Origin: Macrostomum lignano | Taxonomy: Eukaryota | Length of the DNA: 43,791 nucleotides | Direction of reading: 5' to 3' | Assembly (NCBI GenBank): GCA_002269645.1 | Contig: NIVC01004505.1 | Span: forward strand, 1 to 43,791 | Shown here: in pieces, positions 23,840 to 34,731 of the stretch | Layout: each line of letters begins with the position of its first letter | Position numbering within the stretch: position 1 is the stretch's first letter | Made by a program: the position numbers and the translations under genes | Notes under the pieces: model-generated | What the model was told of the DNA's origin: nothing | What the model saw: the letters and a program-made list of their open reading frames with translations, nothing else | Database searches by the model: none

Positions 23840-24230
23840 GCTGTAAAAGTAGAGGTAAATCTGCAATGAACTGGAGCAGGTCGCCCATTTGCTGCGATCC
23901 ATGTACCAGGGGCATCGGACAAGGTGCTCCTCTTCAACAATGCGCGGACTCACAAAGAAATCAACCAAGGCCAAGCTGGCAAGCCTGCTGGGCTTCAGTA
24001 TTTTGCCCCTCCCACCATATATTCGCCGGACCTCTTGCTATGTGACTACCATGTGTTCAGGTCCCTCCAGAACTTTTGCGATGTTCGCAGCAATTCGCAG
24101 TTCGCCAACAAGTAGCGCAGCGTGTAGAGCAAACAGTATAGAAATGGATAGATTCTAGGCCTGCGAGCTTCTGGAGAGAGGGGATCGAGGGATTGCTAGC
24201 AAGATGAGAGGGGGTCAGGGGGTCATGAAT
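23840..24230 (+). pseudogene. Mariner transposase C-terminal relic (different subfamily)
   Basis: VLLFNNARTH, PPYSPDLLLCDYHVFRSLQN, DSRPASFWREGIEGL across frameshifts; TIRs not identified. Confidence 0.8.
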
Positions 24231-24918
24231 TGCAACTAAATCACATCGCTGTAAACTGTTCCTGAGACTATTTGTTACAGTTTTCGATGTCAGCAAAGTT
24301 GTTATATCACACGAGCTGTGTACTTGTTAAGTACAATCAACGAACAAACTAGTTTAATCAGTTTTATAATAATTGAAATTTTAACTGAATTAAACACAAA
24401 AAAAATAAATGAATATATGTAGAAATTAGATGCCGCCCAATTGTACAGCAGTAAATCATAATAGTTAACTTATTTATCGGATAGATTTGTTATTTCATTT
24501 GCACTATTGAATTAATTTACAAATGTCACATAACTTTAACAAATAATCTGTCAAGATAATTAGAAATAAACAACTAAATAAAATGTACTACTGGATACTA
24601 GAACGATATAAGCGGAATAACTTGACTAGTATTGCAAAATAATGAAATTACTGAGTGCGAAAAAAATGTAATAAAATCGAACTACGGTAGAATATTGCAT
24701 AATAATAACAATACTGGCATCAGAACAATGCGAGCTATGAATGTATTTTCTAAAATATTAGCCCACAGAAGACAAACCCGCTAATAAATCATTAGACTGC
24801 CTTGCTAGATATTCTTTAATAATTTAATAAAATGTGAGAATATAGCATTATTACGCGTATGTGACTATAAATAGAAATGGAAAATCAATATAGCAGTAAC
24901 ACAGTAAACGCTTATAGA

Positions 24919-25122
24919 CATACATGCGCAACCCCTCCTGATTACACCAGCCAAAGAAACGTAAACATAATTTTGGGTAAACGGCAAGAGTAACTTTAAC
25001 TATATATTATTGAGACCAAATGCCTCGTCATCTTATATTAGTACTATATCTGTATTTTTCGGGTGGGCATTTGTGTGACTTACATTGGGTGGGCCCCTGG
25101 GCCCGGGTGTTGCGCATGTATT
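24919..25122. mobile_element. hAT-type MITE, copy 2 (opposite orientation to copy 1)
   Basis: Same TIR; perfect 8-bp TSD CTTATAGA at 24911-24918 and 25123-25130. Confidence 0.85.
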
Positions 25123-25440
25123 CTTATAGATATAAAATTATAAGGAAATTTAGGAAACATTAATATCTTGAATTTGGCGCCAATTCAATTTGTAAGTTAT
25201 AATGTAGCGAGCAAACCAAGCATAGTTTGTTCAATAAAATGTAAACAAAGCGCGACTAGGATGGTAAAAAAACAGTTCAAGAAAAATGTCTTGAAAAGCA
25301 ATTGAAACGCAGACTAGAAGCAGAGCTCTGCTTTTAAATTAAAAGATAAAAAGCAAATATTTTATGAGAAAAAGAAGGAAAAGCAACTATTTACTGACGA
25401 GTTTTTAAGTGTAAAATTTTCTTATTAACATTTACTACAT

Positions 25441-26510
25441 CAGACTGTCTGTAAGCCCCCTCCCCCAACCCGCAGACTGCCTGTAAGTCTTTCCCCAAAC
25501 CCGCAGACTGCCTGTAAGTACCCCCAAACCCGCAGACTGTCTGTAAGTCTTTCCATCAAACCCGCAGACTGTCTGTAAGTCTTTCCATCAAACCCGCAGA
25601 CTGTCTGTAAGTCTTTCCATCAAACCCGCAGACTGTCTGTAAGTCTTTCCCCAAACCCGCAGACTGTCTGTAAGTCTTTCCCCAAACCCACAAACTGTCG
25701 GTAAGTCTTTCCATCAAACCCGCAGACTGTCTGTAAGTCTTTCCCCAAACCCGCTGACTGTCGGTAAGTCTTTCCCCAAACCCACAAACTGTCGGTAAGT
25801 CTTTCCATCAAACCCGCAGACTGTCTGTAAGTCTTTCCCCAAACCCGCAGACTGTCTGTAAGTCTTTCCATCAAACCCGCAGACTGTCTGTAAGTCTTTC
25901 CCCAAACCCGCAGACTGTCTGTAAGTCTTTCCATCAAACCCGCAGACTGTCTGTAAGTCTTTCCCCAAACCCGCAGACTGTCTGTAAGTCTTTCCATCAA
26001 ACCCGCAGACTGTCTGTAAGTCTTTCCATCAAACCCGCAGACTGTCTGTAAGTCTTTCCCCAAACCCGCAGACTGTCTGTAAGTCTTTCCATCAAACCCG
26101 CAGACTGTCTGTAAGTCTTTCCATCAAACCCGCAGACTGTCTGTAAGTCTTTCCATCAAACCCGCAGACTGTCTGTAAGTCTTTCCCCAAACCCGCAGAC
26201 TGTCTGTAAGTCTTTCCCCAAACCCGCAGACTGTCTGTAAGTCTTTCCCCAAACCCGCAGACTGTCTGTAAGTCTTTCCATCAAACCCGCAGACTGTCTG
26301 TAAGTCTTTCCCCAAACCCGCAGACTGTCTGTAAGTCTTTCCATCAAACCCGCAGACTGTCTGTAAGTCTTTCCATCAAACCCGCAGACTGTCTGTAAGT
26401 CTTTCCATCAAACCCGCAGACTGTCTGTAAGTCTTTCCATCAAACCCGCAGACTGTCTGTAAGTCTTTCCATCAAACCCGCAGACTGTCTGTAAGTCTTT
26501 CCATCAAACC
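25441..26510. repeat. 31/32-bp minisatellite AAACCCGCAGACTGTCTGTAAGTCTTTCC(ATC/CC)
   Basis: More than 30 units of two length variants; each contains the palindrome CAGAC-T-GTCTG. Confidence 0.97.
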
Positions 26511-26720
26511 TAGAGTGGCCTTGCGCGCAAAATCAAAAGACAAATAAAAAACTTATAATATAAAAAACAACATTTATACAGTATCTAAATTGAAATGAGA
26601 GAATAGACGCCAGATAGAAGTGAGAAGAGGGCTGGAGAGGATGCGGGGAGAGAGGATTTAAGAGCTAGCACAGACGCAATCAGTTCGCTATCCAAGAGAC
26701 CGTCAGAAGGAAGTCGGCGC

Positions 26721-26912
26721 TCACTTGAGCACGAGTCTGCTAACAGAGCCGTCTAACTTTCCAACGTAGATCTTCGAAGCTGCCTGGATGAAGAGCCCAG
26801 TCTCGATGACGCCGGGCATCTGGTGCAGCTGGAAGTCCACCTCCTCCCAGCTGTGCTGCTGTTCGAAATGCCAGTCCAATAGGAAATTGCCGTTGTCGGT
26901 GACCACAGGGCC
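26721..26912 (-). CDS. RPIA: Ribose-5-phosphate isomerase A, exon 5
   Basis: Acceptor CCGTAG| at 26913; GPVVTDNGNFLLDW...PGVIETGLF; TGA at 26721-26723. Confidence 0.95.
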   Translation of the reverse strand, partial: GPVVTDNGNFLLDWHFEQQHSWEEVDFQLHQMPGVIETGLFIQAASKIYVGKLDGSVSRLVLK

Positions 26913-27050
26913 CTACGGTGGAGTATGGATTAAATTTTAATACATTAAACATTTAATTTAGCATTTTTGAGTCCTAACTTTCAATTTTTTATGTATGAGT
27001 CCTAATCATGTATGTACGATCGTACTAAGAGTAGGGTTGCAGCCCAGTGA

Positions 27051-27316
27051 GGGGTTGTAGCCTAGTGGTTAGAGCGTCGGACTCACGACTTGAAGGTCGG
27101 GGGTTCGATTCTCGATCCCACTGGAACAATTTGTGTTCTTGAGCAAGACACTTAACCTGCATTGCTTCAGTTCACCCAGCTGTAAAATGGGTGCCAGCAT
27201 TAGCTGGGGTAATTGAGGGTGTGTGTGGCGACCCCCCAGTCCTTGGACTGAACAGCCGTACGCAGCCTTCAGATGCGCCTCGCAATAGCTGCGGCTGAGC
27301 TGTCGGTTGCACATCT
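27051..27316 (+). mobile_element. CORE-like SINE, most complete head, in RPIA intron 4
   Basis: GGGGTTGTAGCCTAGTGGTTAGAGC (A box), GGTTCGATTC (B box), CTTGAGCAAGACACTTAACCT...TCAGTT...CTGTAAAATGGG. Confidence 0.88.
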
Positions 27317-27339
27317 GGCCTCATGAGGTACCGATTTAA

Positions 27340-28139
27340 AAATCTCATTTATCTACCTGAGATACCGATCTCAAAGTCTCATTTATCTACCTGAGATACC
27401 GACCTCAAAATCTCATTTATCTACCTGAAGTACCATTTTTAAAATCCTATGTATCTACCTGAGATACCATTTTTTAAATCTCATGTATCTACCTAAGATA
27501 CCGATCACAAATCTTATTATCTATCTGAGATACCGATCACAAATCTCATTATCTACCTGAGATACCGATCAAAAATCTTATTATCTACCTGAGATACCGA
27601 TCACAAATCGTATTATCTACCTGAGATACCGATCACAAATCTTATTATCTACCTGAGATACCGATCACAAATCTTATTATCTACCTGAGATACCGATCAC
27701 AAATCTCATTATCTACCTGAGATACCGATCACAAATCTCATTATCTACCTGAGATACCGATCACAAATCGTATTATCTACCTGAGATACCGATCACAAAT
27801 CTTATTATCTACCTGAGATACCGATCACAAATCTTATTATCTACCTGAGATACCGATCACAAATCTCATTATCTACCTGAGATACCGATCACAAATCTCA
27901 TTATCTACCTGAGATACCGATCACAAATCTCATTATCTACCTGAGATACCGATCACAAATCTCATTATCTACCTGAGATACCGATCACAAATCTCATTAT
28001 CTACCTGAGATACCGATCACAAATCTCATTATCTACCTGAGATACCGATCACAAATCTCATATCTACCTGAGACACCGATCACAAATCTCATTATCTACC
28101 TGAGATACCGATCACAAATCTCATTATCTACCTGAGATA
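27340..28139. repeat. 32-bp minisatellite CTACCTGAGATACCGATCACAAATCTCATTAT abutting the RPIA exon 4 donor
   Basis: About 25 units, increasingly degenerate away from the exon. Confidence 0.97.
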
Positions 28140-28148
28140 TTCGCTCAC

Positions 28149-28487
28149 CAATTTGCCCAATGATTCCCTAAGCAGCGCTTTGCCGCCGAACTGAGACTCG
28201 ACCCGGCGTTTAACCAGCGACCAGGCCATGGGCACCACCTCCAGCGGGATGCCGCCCTTCCACTTCTGGCCGAACTGGCTGCTGTACTTGCTCTCGTCGC
28301 ACACGATCACCAGGGTGCCGGCGGCCGTGTCAACAATTTTCTCCTGCAGCAGGCAGCCGCCGCCGCCTTTGATCATGTTCAGCTCGGCGTCGATCTCGTC
28401 GGCGCTGTCAGCCGACCAGTCCAGCTCTTCGTCGCAGTGCTCCAGCTCGAATAAGCGAAGGCCGCGCTCCAGGATCAGCTGCTTGGC
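28149..28487 (-). CDS. RPIA: Ribose-5-phosphate isomerase A, exon 4
   Basis: Acceptor CCCCAG| at 28488; AKQLIL...DSADEID...IKGGGGCLLQEKIV...GIPLEVVP; donor TTG|GTGAG at 28148. Confidence 0.95.
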
Positions 28488-28524
28488 CTGGGGCAGGGGT
28501 AACACACAGATGAGTTAGCATTAG

Positions 28525-28790
28525 CATGACCTTTGACCTTTGACCCACTGTCTCAACATGACCCTTGACCTATTGTATTAGCATAACTCTTAACCAATTG
28601 TACTAACATGACCTTTGACCCATTGTCTAACATAACCCTCGATCCATTGTCTAACATAACCCTTGATCCATTGTCTAACATAACCCTCGATCCATTGTCT
28701 AACATAAAATTTGAACTATTGTTTAACATGAACTTTGACACATGGTCTAATATGACCCTTGACCCATCGTCTTAGCGTGACCTTTGACCC
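28525..28790. repeat. Degenerate ~24-bp repeat (ATGACCTTTGACCCATTGTCTAAC) next to the RPIA exon 4 acceptor
   Basis: About 10 imperfect units. Confidence 0.8.
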
Positions 28791-29202
28791 ATAGTCTTGA
28801 TAAGATCTTTTGATCCCATAACTCGACTTTAACTTTGACCAAGACGCGACAACACCTTCGATTCAAGAGACTACTTTTAGTAGGGCAGTTCGAACATCTT
28901 TTTAGCTAAGAAACAACACCGCGTACTCGTACCAGCTCTAGCTTCAGGCCAAACCGCTCTCATTTATCCCTATTTTGCATCGCATCAATCACTTCCGCTG
29001 CTAATAAATAGCAAATCTTAAGCCAGACTATAGGAAAGTGTCCGAATACAGTACGAGCTCCGGACACTGCTGTAAGCCGGTTTCTGAGGCATAAATCAGA
29101 TATGTGGGATAATATTATGCAAAATATACCCTGCCGCCGTTATTAAACAAGTAAGCAAATTAGGGAATAGATTTCACTAGCGATTCTTCCAGCTCCAAAT
29201 TT

Positions 29203-29736
29203 CAGTAGCAACCCAGTGACCAACCTTCCTGTCCATCAGTAGCAACCCAGTGACCAACCCTCCTGTCCATCAGTAGCAACCCAGTGACCAACCCTCCTGT
29301 CCATCAGTAGCAACCCAGTGACCAACCCTCCTGTCCATCAGTAGCAACCCAGTGACCAACCCTCCTGTCCATCAGTAGCAACCCAGTGACCAACCCTCCT
29401 GTCCATCAGTAGCAACCCAGTGACCAACCCTCCTGTCCATCAGTAGCAACCCAGTGACCAACCCTCCTGTCCATCAGTAGCAACCCAGTGACCAACCCTC
29501 CTGTGCATCAGTAGCAACCCAGTGACCAACCCTCCTGTCCATCAGTAGCAACCCAGTGACCAACCCTCCCGTCCATCAGTAGCAACCCGGTGACCAACCC
29601 TCCCGTCCATCAGTAGCAACCCGGTGACCAACCCTCCTGTCCATCAGTAGCAACCCAGTGACCAACCCTCCCGTCTATCAGTAGCAACCCAGTGACCAAC
29701 CCTCCCGTCCATCAGTAGCAACCCAGTGACCAACCC
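29203..29736. repeat. 34-bp minisatellite CAGTAGCAACCCAGTGACCAACCCTCCTGTCCAT abutting the RPIA exon 3 donor
   Basis: About 15.5 near-identical units. Confidence 0.97.
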
Positions 29737-29746
29737 AGCCGCTCAC

Positions 29747-29802
29747 CTGATAGGAGGTCGGGATGCACCTGACAGACCAGCCGCGCTGTCGAATGAGTTC
29801 AG
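29747..29802 (-). CDS. RPIA: Ribose-5-phosphate isomerase A, exon 3 (56 nt; not in the ORF track)
   Basis: CCCGCAG|CT GAA...(S)ELIRQRGWSVRCIPTSYQ|GTGAG; corresponds to the conserved CIPTS(F/Y)Q segment. Confidence 0.9.
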
Positions 29803-29929
29803 CTGCGGGCCAAATAAGTCAGTTTTCGATGATTTTTTAATCAAGCACGTCTGAATCAAAGGAATTAATGTTTTGCATGTTTAGAGACTGACAAGCTGAC
29901 ATTTAAAAACCGGCTGTCGCCAAATAGTC

Positions 29930-30272
29930 AGGACATCAGTGGCGCCAAATAGTCAGGATTTCATTGGCGCCAAATAGTCAGGACATCAGTGGCGCCAAAT
30001 AGTCAGGATTTCATTGGCGCCAAATAGTCAGGACATCAGTGGCGCCAAATAGTCAGGATTTCATTGGCGCCAAATAGTCAGGACATCAGTGGCGCCAAAT
30101 AGTCAGGATTTCATTGGCGCCAAATAGTCAGGACATCAGTGGCGCCAAATAGTCAGGATTTCATTGGCGCCAAATAGTCAGGACATCAGTGGCGCCAAAT
30201 AGTCAGGATTTCATTGGCGCCAAATAGTCAGGATTTCATTGGCACCAAATAGTCAGGATATCAGTGGCGCCA
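29930..30272. repeat. 25-bp minisatellite organised as an alternating 50-bp dimer
   Basis: GGCGCCAAATAGTCAGG followed alternately by ACATCAGT and ATTTCATT. Confidence 0.96.
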
Positions 30273-30831
30273 AACAGAATTAAGTGGCGCCATGGCTAAC
30301 TAGGAATCAGTGTGATTGTGGGAAGACACAATTAGAGAATAGAAAATGATACACAGAGAAAGCACAAGCTATATAAGCATAGATATCAATTCTATCCCAA
30401 GCAATAAAGCCGGTTAGGACGCCCTCTAGCAGAGCAGCATTATTAGATTAGTCAGCCAACGCGCGCACAAAAGAAATATCCTTGCCGGGGTCCAGGTAGT
30501 CAGCAAGAAAGAAAATTGCATTTTCAAAGTAATTCTCCAGTCCTGAATACGGACAGATACCCGCCTATCCAGCGCGACCCAAATTTTATTGCATTATAAC
30601 GCATGGTCGCAATATTTTTTCTATATTGCCAGGGATTATTGGGCTGGACTATATTGGCTTCAAGGTTTGAAGCAGGCCAGACCCAGTCGTTTTTTTAATA
30701 AATGAAGCCATATTGTCATATTTTAAAGTGCACTTGCCTTTAATATTAGGGATAAAAATGGGATCTCGAATATAATGGTGGGAAACGTAAAATCCATCGA
30801 CGTCTGAAACCCTGTAACCAGTGAGACCCTG

Positions 30832-31150
30832 TAACAGGTGAAAACCTGTAACAGGTGAAAACCTGTAACATGTGAAAACCTGTAACAGGTGAAAACCTGT
30901 AACAGGTGAAAACCTGTAACAGGTGAAAACCTGTAACAGGTGAAAACCTGTAACAGGTGAAAACCTGTAACAGGTGAAAACCTGTAACAGGTGAAAACCT
31001 GTAACAGGTGAAAACCTGTAACAGGTGAAAACCTGTAACAGGTGAAAACCTGTAACAGGTGAAAACCTGTAACAGGTGAAAACCTGTAACAGGTGAAAAC
31101 CTGTAACAGGTGAAAACCTGTAACAGGTGAAACCCTGTAACAGGCAAAAA
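30832..31150. repeat. 17-bp palindromic minisatellite A-ACAGGT-GAAA-ACCTGT
   Basis: About 18 almost identical units; ACAGGT and ACCTGT are reverse complements. Confidence 0.97.
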
Positions 31151-31854
31151 CTATGTAACAGGTAAAAGGCCAATAGGTAAGAAACTGTTAACACACTTCG
31201 AAAAAACTATCAGGGTAGCCCCATAGTTCTAAAAACAGCTGTAACTAGAATTCCAGTCTATTGAAGGTTAAATTACTCTACAATAGAAGCCATCACTAAA
31301 ACTTCTTCCTTTCGTTTAACTGTTAATAAACCAAGGCTTAATTAGCAATACAAATAGTTGGCTACTGCCTTCAATAGGCGCATAAAGAGTTTCCTTTAGC
31401 AGCCAGATTGTGCCGCATACTGCAAACACTTGCAAACTCTGTCATGCACTCTCATCTCAACTTTCTCCCTCTATCGCTCCCAGCAGTTGAGTTGGTTTCG
31501 CTGCCCTTTCCCCGCCCAAAGCTTCTGCTGAGAAGGAATGGTTTAGAATTGCCATCGGAATGAGCTCGATAAGTGCGAAGCGAGGATTTTGTCGCGGCCC
31601 GGAGGGAGAAGGGAATGCAAGATAGAGCGGATGAGAAGGGGGAAGAGAAATGATTGAAGAGATGGCTAGGCTGCTGCATTTCCTCATCTAGCAGGTGCTC
31701 CCAGCTTCTGGCTTTTCAAGAGCGCCTGTCGACCCTCTTATGCATGTCACCTGCCTGTCTGTCTGCCTGCTTTTCAACATGTTAATAGTAGACCTGAGCA
31801 CGTTGATAAAAATGCAGATAACTAAACACTAAGGATGCTGATTTTTCTTGCACA

Positions 31855-32695
31855 GCTGAGATGGGCTGTGTGCATAGCTGGGTGTGTGCATAGCTGAGAT
31901 GGGTGTGTGCATAGCTGGGTGTGTGCATAGCTGAGATGGGTGTGTGCATAGCTGGGGTGTGTGCATGGCTGGGGTGTGTGCATAGCTTGGGTGTGTGCAT
32001 AGCTTGGGTGTGTGCATAGCTTGGGTGTGTGCATAGCTCGGGTGTGTGCATGCTGGGTTGTGTGCATAGCTGGGTGTGTGCATAGCTGGGTGTGTGCATA
32101 GCTGAGATGGGTGTGTGCATAGCTGGGTGTGTGCATAGCTGAGATGGGTGTGTGCATAGCTGAGATGGGCGTGTGCATAGCTGAGGTGTGTGCATAGCTG
32201 GGTGTATGCATAGCTGGGTGTGTGCATAGCTGAGGTGTGTGCATAGCTGGGTGTGTGCATAGCTGAGGTGTGTGCATAGCTGGGGGTGTGTGCATAGCTG
32301 GGGGTGTGCATAGCTGAGGTGTGTGCATAGCTGGGGTGTGTGCATAGCTGGGTGTGTGCATAGCTGAGGTATGTGCATAGCTGGGGGTGTGCATAGCTGA
32401 GATGGGTGTGTGCATAGCTGGGGGTGTGCATAGCTGAGATGGGTGTGTGCATAGCTGAGATGGGTGTGTGCATAGCTGAGATGGGTGTGTGCATAGCTGG
32501 GGGTGTGCATAGCTGAGATGGGTGTGTGCATAGCTGAGGTGTGCATAGCTGAGGTGTGTGCATAGCTGGGTGTGTGCATAGCTGAGTGTGTGCATAGCTG
32601 AGTGTGTGCATAGCTGAGGTGTGTGCATAGCTGGGGTGTGCATAGCTGAGATGTGTGCATAGCTGGGTGTGTGCATAGCTGAGGTGTGTGCATAG
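31855..32695. repeat. Variable 16-23-bp minisatellite with core GTGTGTGCATAGCTG
   Basis: About 45 units with variable G/GAG/GAGATGG linkers. Confidence 0.95.
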
Positions 32696-33118
32696 CTGTT
32701 ATGTGCATGGCAGTTATGTGCATGGCTGTTATGTGCATGGCTGTTATGTGCATGGCTGTTATGTGCATGGCAGTTATGTGCATGGCAGTTATGTGCATGG
32801 CAGTTATGTGCATGGCTGTTATGTGCATGGCTGTTATGTGCATGGCAGTTATGTGCATGGCAGTTATGTGCATGGCAGTTATGTGCATGGCTGTTATGTG
32901 CATGGCAGTTATGTGCATGGCTGTTATGTGCATGGCTGTTATGTGCATGGCTGTTATGTGCATGGCTGTTATGTGCATGGCAGTTATGTGCATGGCTGTT
33001 ATGTGCATGGCAGTTATGTGCATGGCTGTTATGTGCATGGCAGTTATGTGCATGGCAGTTATGTGCATGGCTGTTATGTGCATGGCAGTTATGTGCATGG
33101 CTGTTATGTGCATGGCAG
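32696..33118. repeat. 15-bp minisatellite (T/A)GTTATGTGCATGGC
   Basis: About 28 units differing at a single T/A site; directly abuts the previous array. Confidence 0.97.
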
Positions 33119-33688
33119 TCAGACTAAGGACAAAAGAAACGAGAGTGCTTCAAACTGTAAGCAAAGTGAAAGGCAGGCTGTTCAGAATTCCATAGTTGGG
33201 AATCGAATCGAGTGGCCTAAAAAACCAAAGAAAGCCATAAAGAAAACAGGTCTTTCACATTGTTTTCTTACTAATTAAAAGGAGCTAGAAGATTGCGTGA
33301 CCAGCGCCATGCAGGGAGATGGTGAATGAGACCGGTCACTTCCGCTCCACTCAGCATCCTCTCCCATTATTGACTCCCTCTCGTGCACTCAGGAGAGCAC
33401 AATCGATCGAGTTGGGAGCTGTCCCCAAAACCAGACCGCCTTTCTTCGCTTGGCTGTGCCTCAGCCATGCAGCCTATCCCCAGTGCTTACTATATAACTA
33501 ATCTTTCCCACTATGTCCATATTCGTCTCGGGAATTAAGTTTCAGCGAGTTATGCGAGAGGGAGAAAAATTGGGACAAGCCACTTCGGAAGCTGGGTAGA
33601 GGCTTAAGTCTGAAGTCCGGCATCAACAGCGGCGATGAGATGGCCTGAGAGTCGACACAGGCTTTTTAAATCTCTACAAGACTTAATA

Positions 33689-34731
33689 TACGAGGGGTGT
33701 CCCAAAAGTTCCCGGAATGTCTAACGTAGCTCTTCAACGGAGCCATGATGTTTCACGCCCTTGGTGTCAAATGAAAGGAAGTTTTGTCACGAAGAAAATG
33801 AAGTTAAAAGCATGTTGATATCTGTTTTTATTCAGGAGCTGCAGCAAGAAACGTGCGCAAAGGTCAGGGGTACTGTTACACAACCTCACATATCACTGAA
33901 AATAATTTTTCATCTTCGTTTTTGGATATTTTCATTTTGAATTCGTGCTACTAACGTCTCAGAAAGACGTGGTAGTGTCTATGGAAAAAAGCAGAAATGC
34001 TCATTAAGCTAATCTGAGCTTTTGCGCGAGTGCAGATAATTCTTACCAAGTGCTTGCTTTCAACTTGAAATCTCTTTGCCAAATTGGGTTCTCTTCAGAG
34101 CCTCGAAAGTCAGCGAAGTCAAGTTTTTGTCCTTTGGTCAGTAGGATGGAGTGGAGCCAAGATTTCTGACCACTTATTCTCCATCCATGGTAAGAAAAGC
34201 CTGAAAAAACTGCCATTTACGAATGGATCGAACGCTTTAGAGACGGTCCAGAAAATTCGTAGCCGGTGTTCCAGAACCGCAGTGAACTTGAAGGCTTCAC
34301 TCGTCGCGTCATCCTGCATCATGAAATGCCTCGAACTGTTTTTGCCCAGGCCATCGACGGCATGCTTTCAAAGTGGCAGAGGTGTATTCAGCTGAATGGG
34401 GACTACGTGGAGAAGCCGCAGGCTGAGCTTGACGATTCGCTTTGAATTTTGAATCGGTGCATGTCCCAAGGATTCATCAACGGTATGAACTGTTCTGTGT
34501 TTTATTGTTTAAAATCATTGCCATAGATTTTTGAGGTTGTGTAACACTACCCCTGACCTTTGCGCACGTTTCTTGCTGCAGCTCCTGAATAAAAACAGAT
34601 ATCAACATGCTTTTAACTTCATTTTCTTCGTGACAAAACTTCCTTTCATTTGACACCAAGGGCGTGAAACATCATGGCTCCGTTGAAGAGCTACGTTAGA
34701 CATTCCGGGAACTTTTGGGACACCCCTCGTA
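33689..34731 (+). mobile_element. Internally deleted mariner with 200-bp inverted arms, in RPIA intron 2
   Basis: 33689-33888 and 34532-34731 are reverse complements with one mismatch seen; ends TA-CGAGGGGTGTCCC; internal remnants TAIYEWIERFRDG (HTH) and KWQRCIQLNGDYVEK (mariner C-terminus). Confidence 0.92.

Noticed and set aside
27051-27125. tRNA gene (also 3455-3530)
   Set aside because: The anticodon and acceptor stems do not pair properly, and the head continues into a shared SINE body.
25441-31150. CRISPR-like appearance of the 31-34-bp and palindromic 17-bp repeats
   Set aside because: Units are head-to-tail with no unique spacers, there are no cas genes, and the context is eukaryotic introns.
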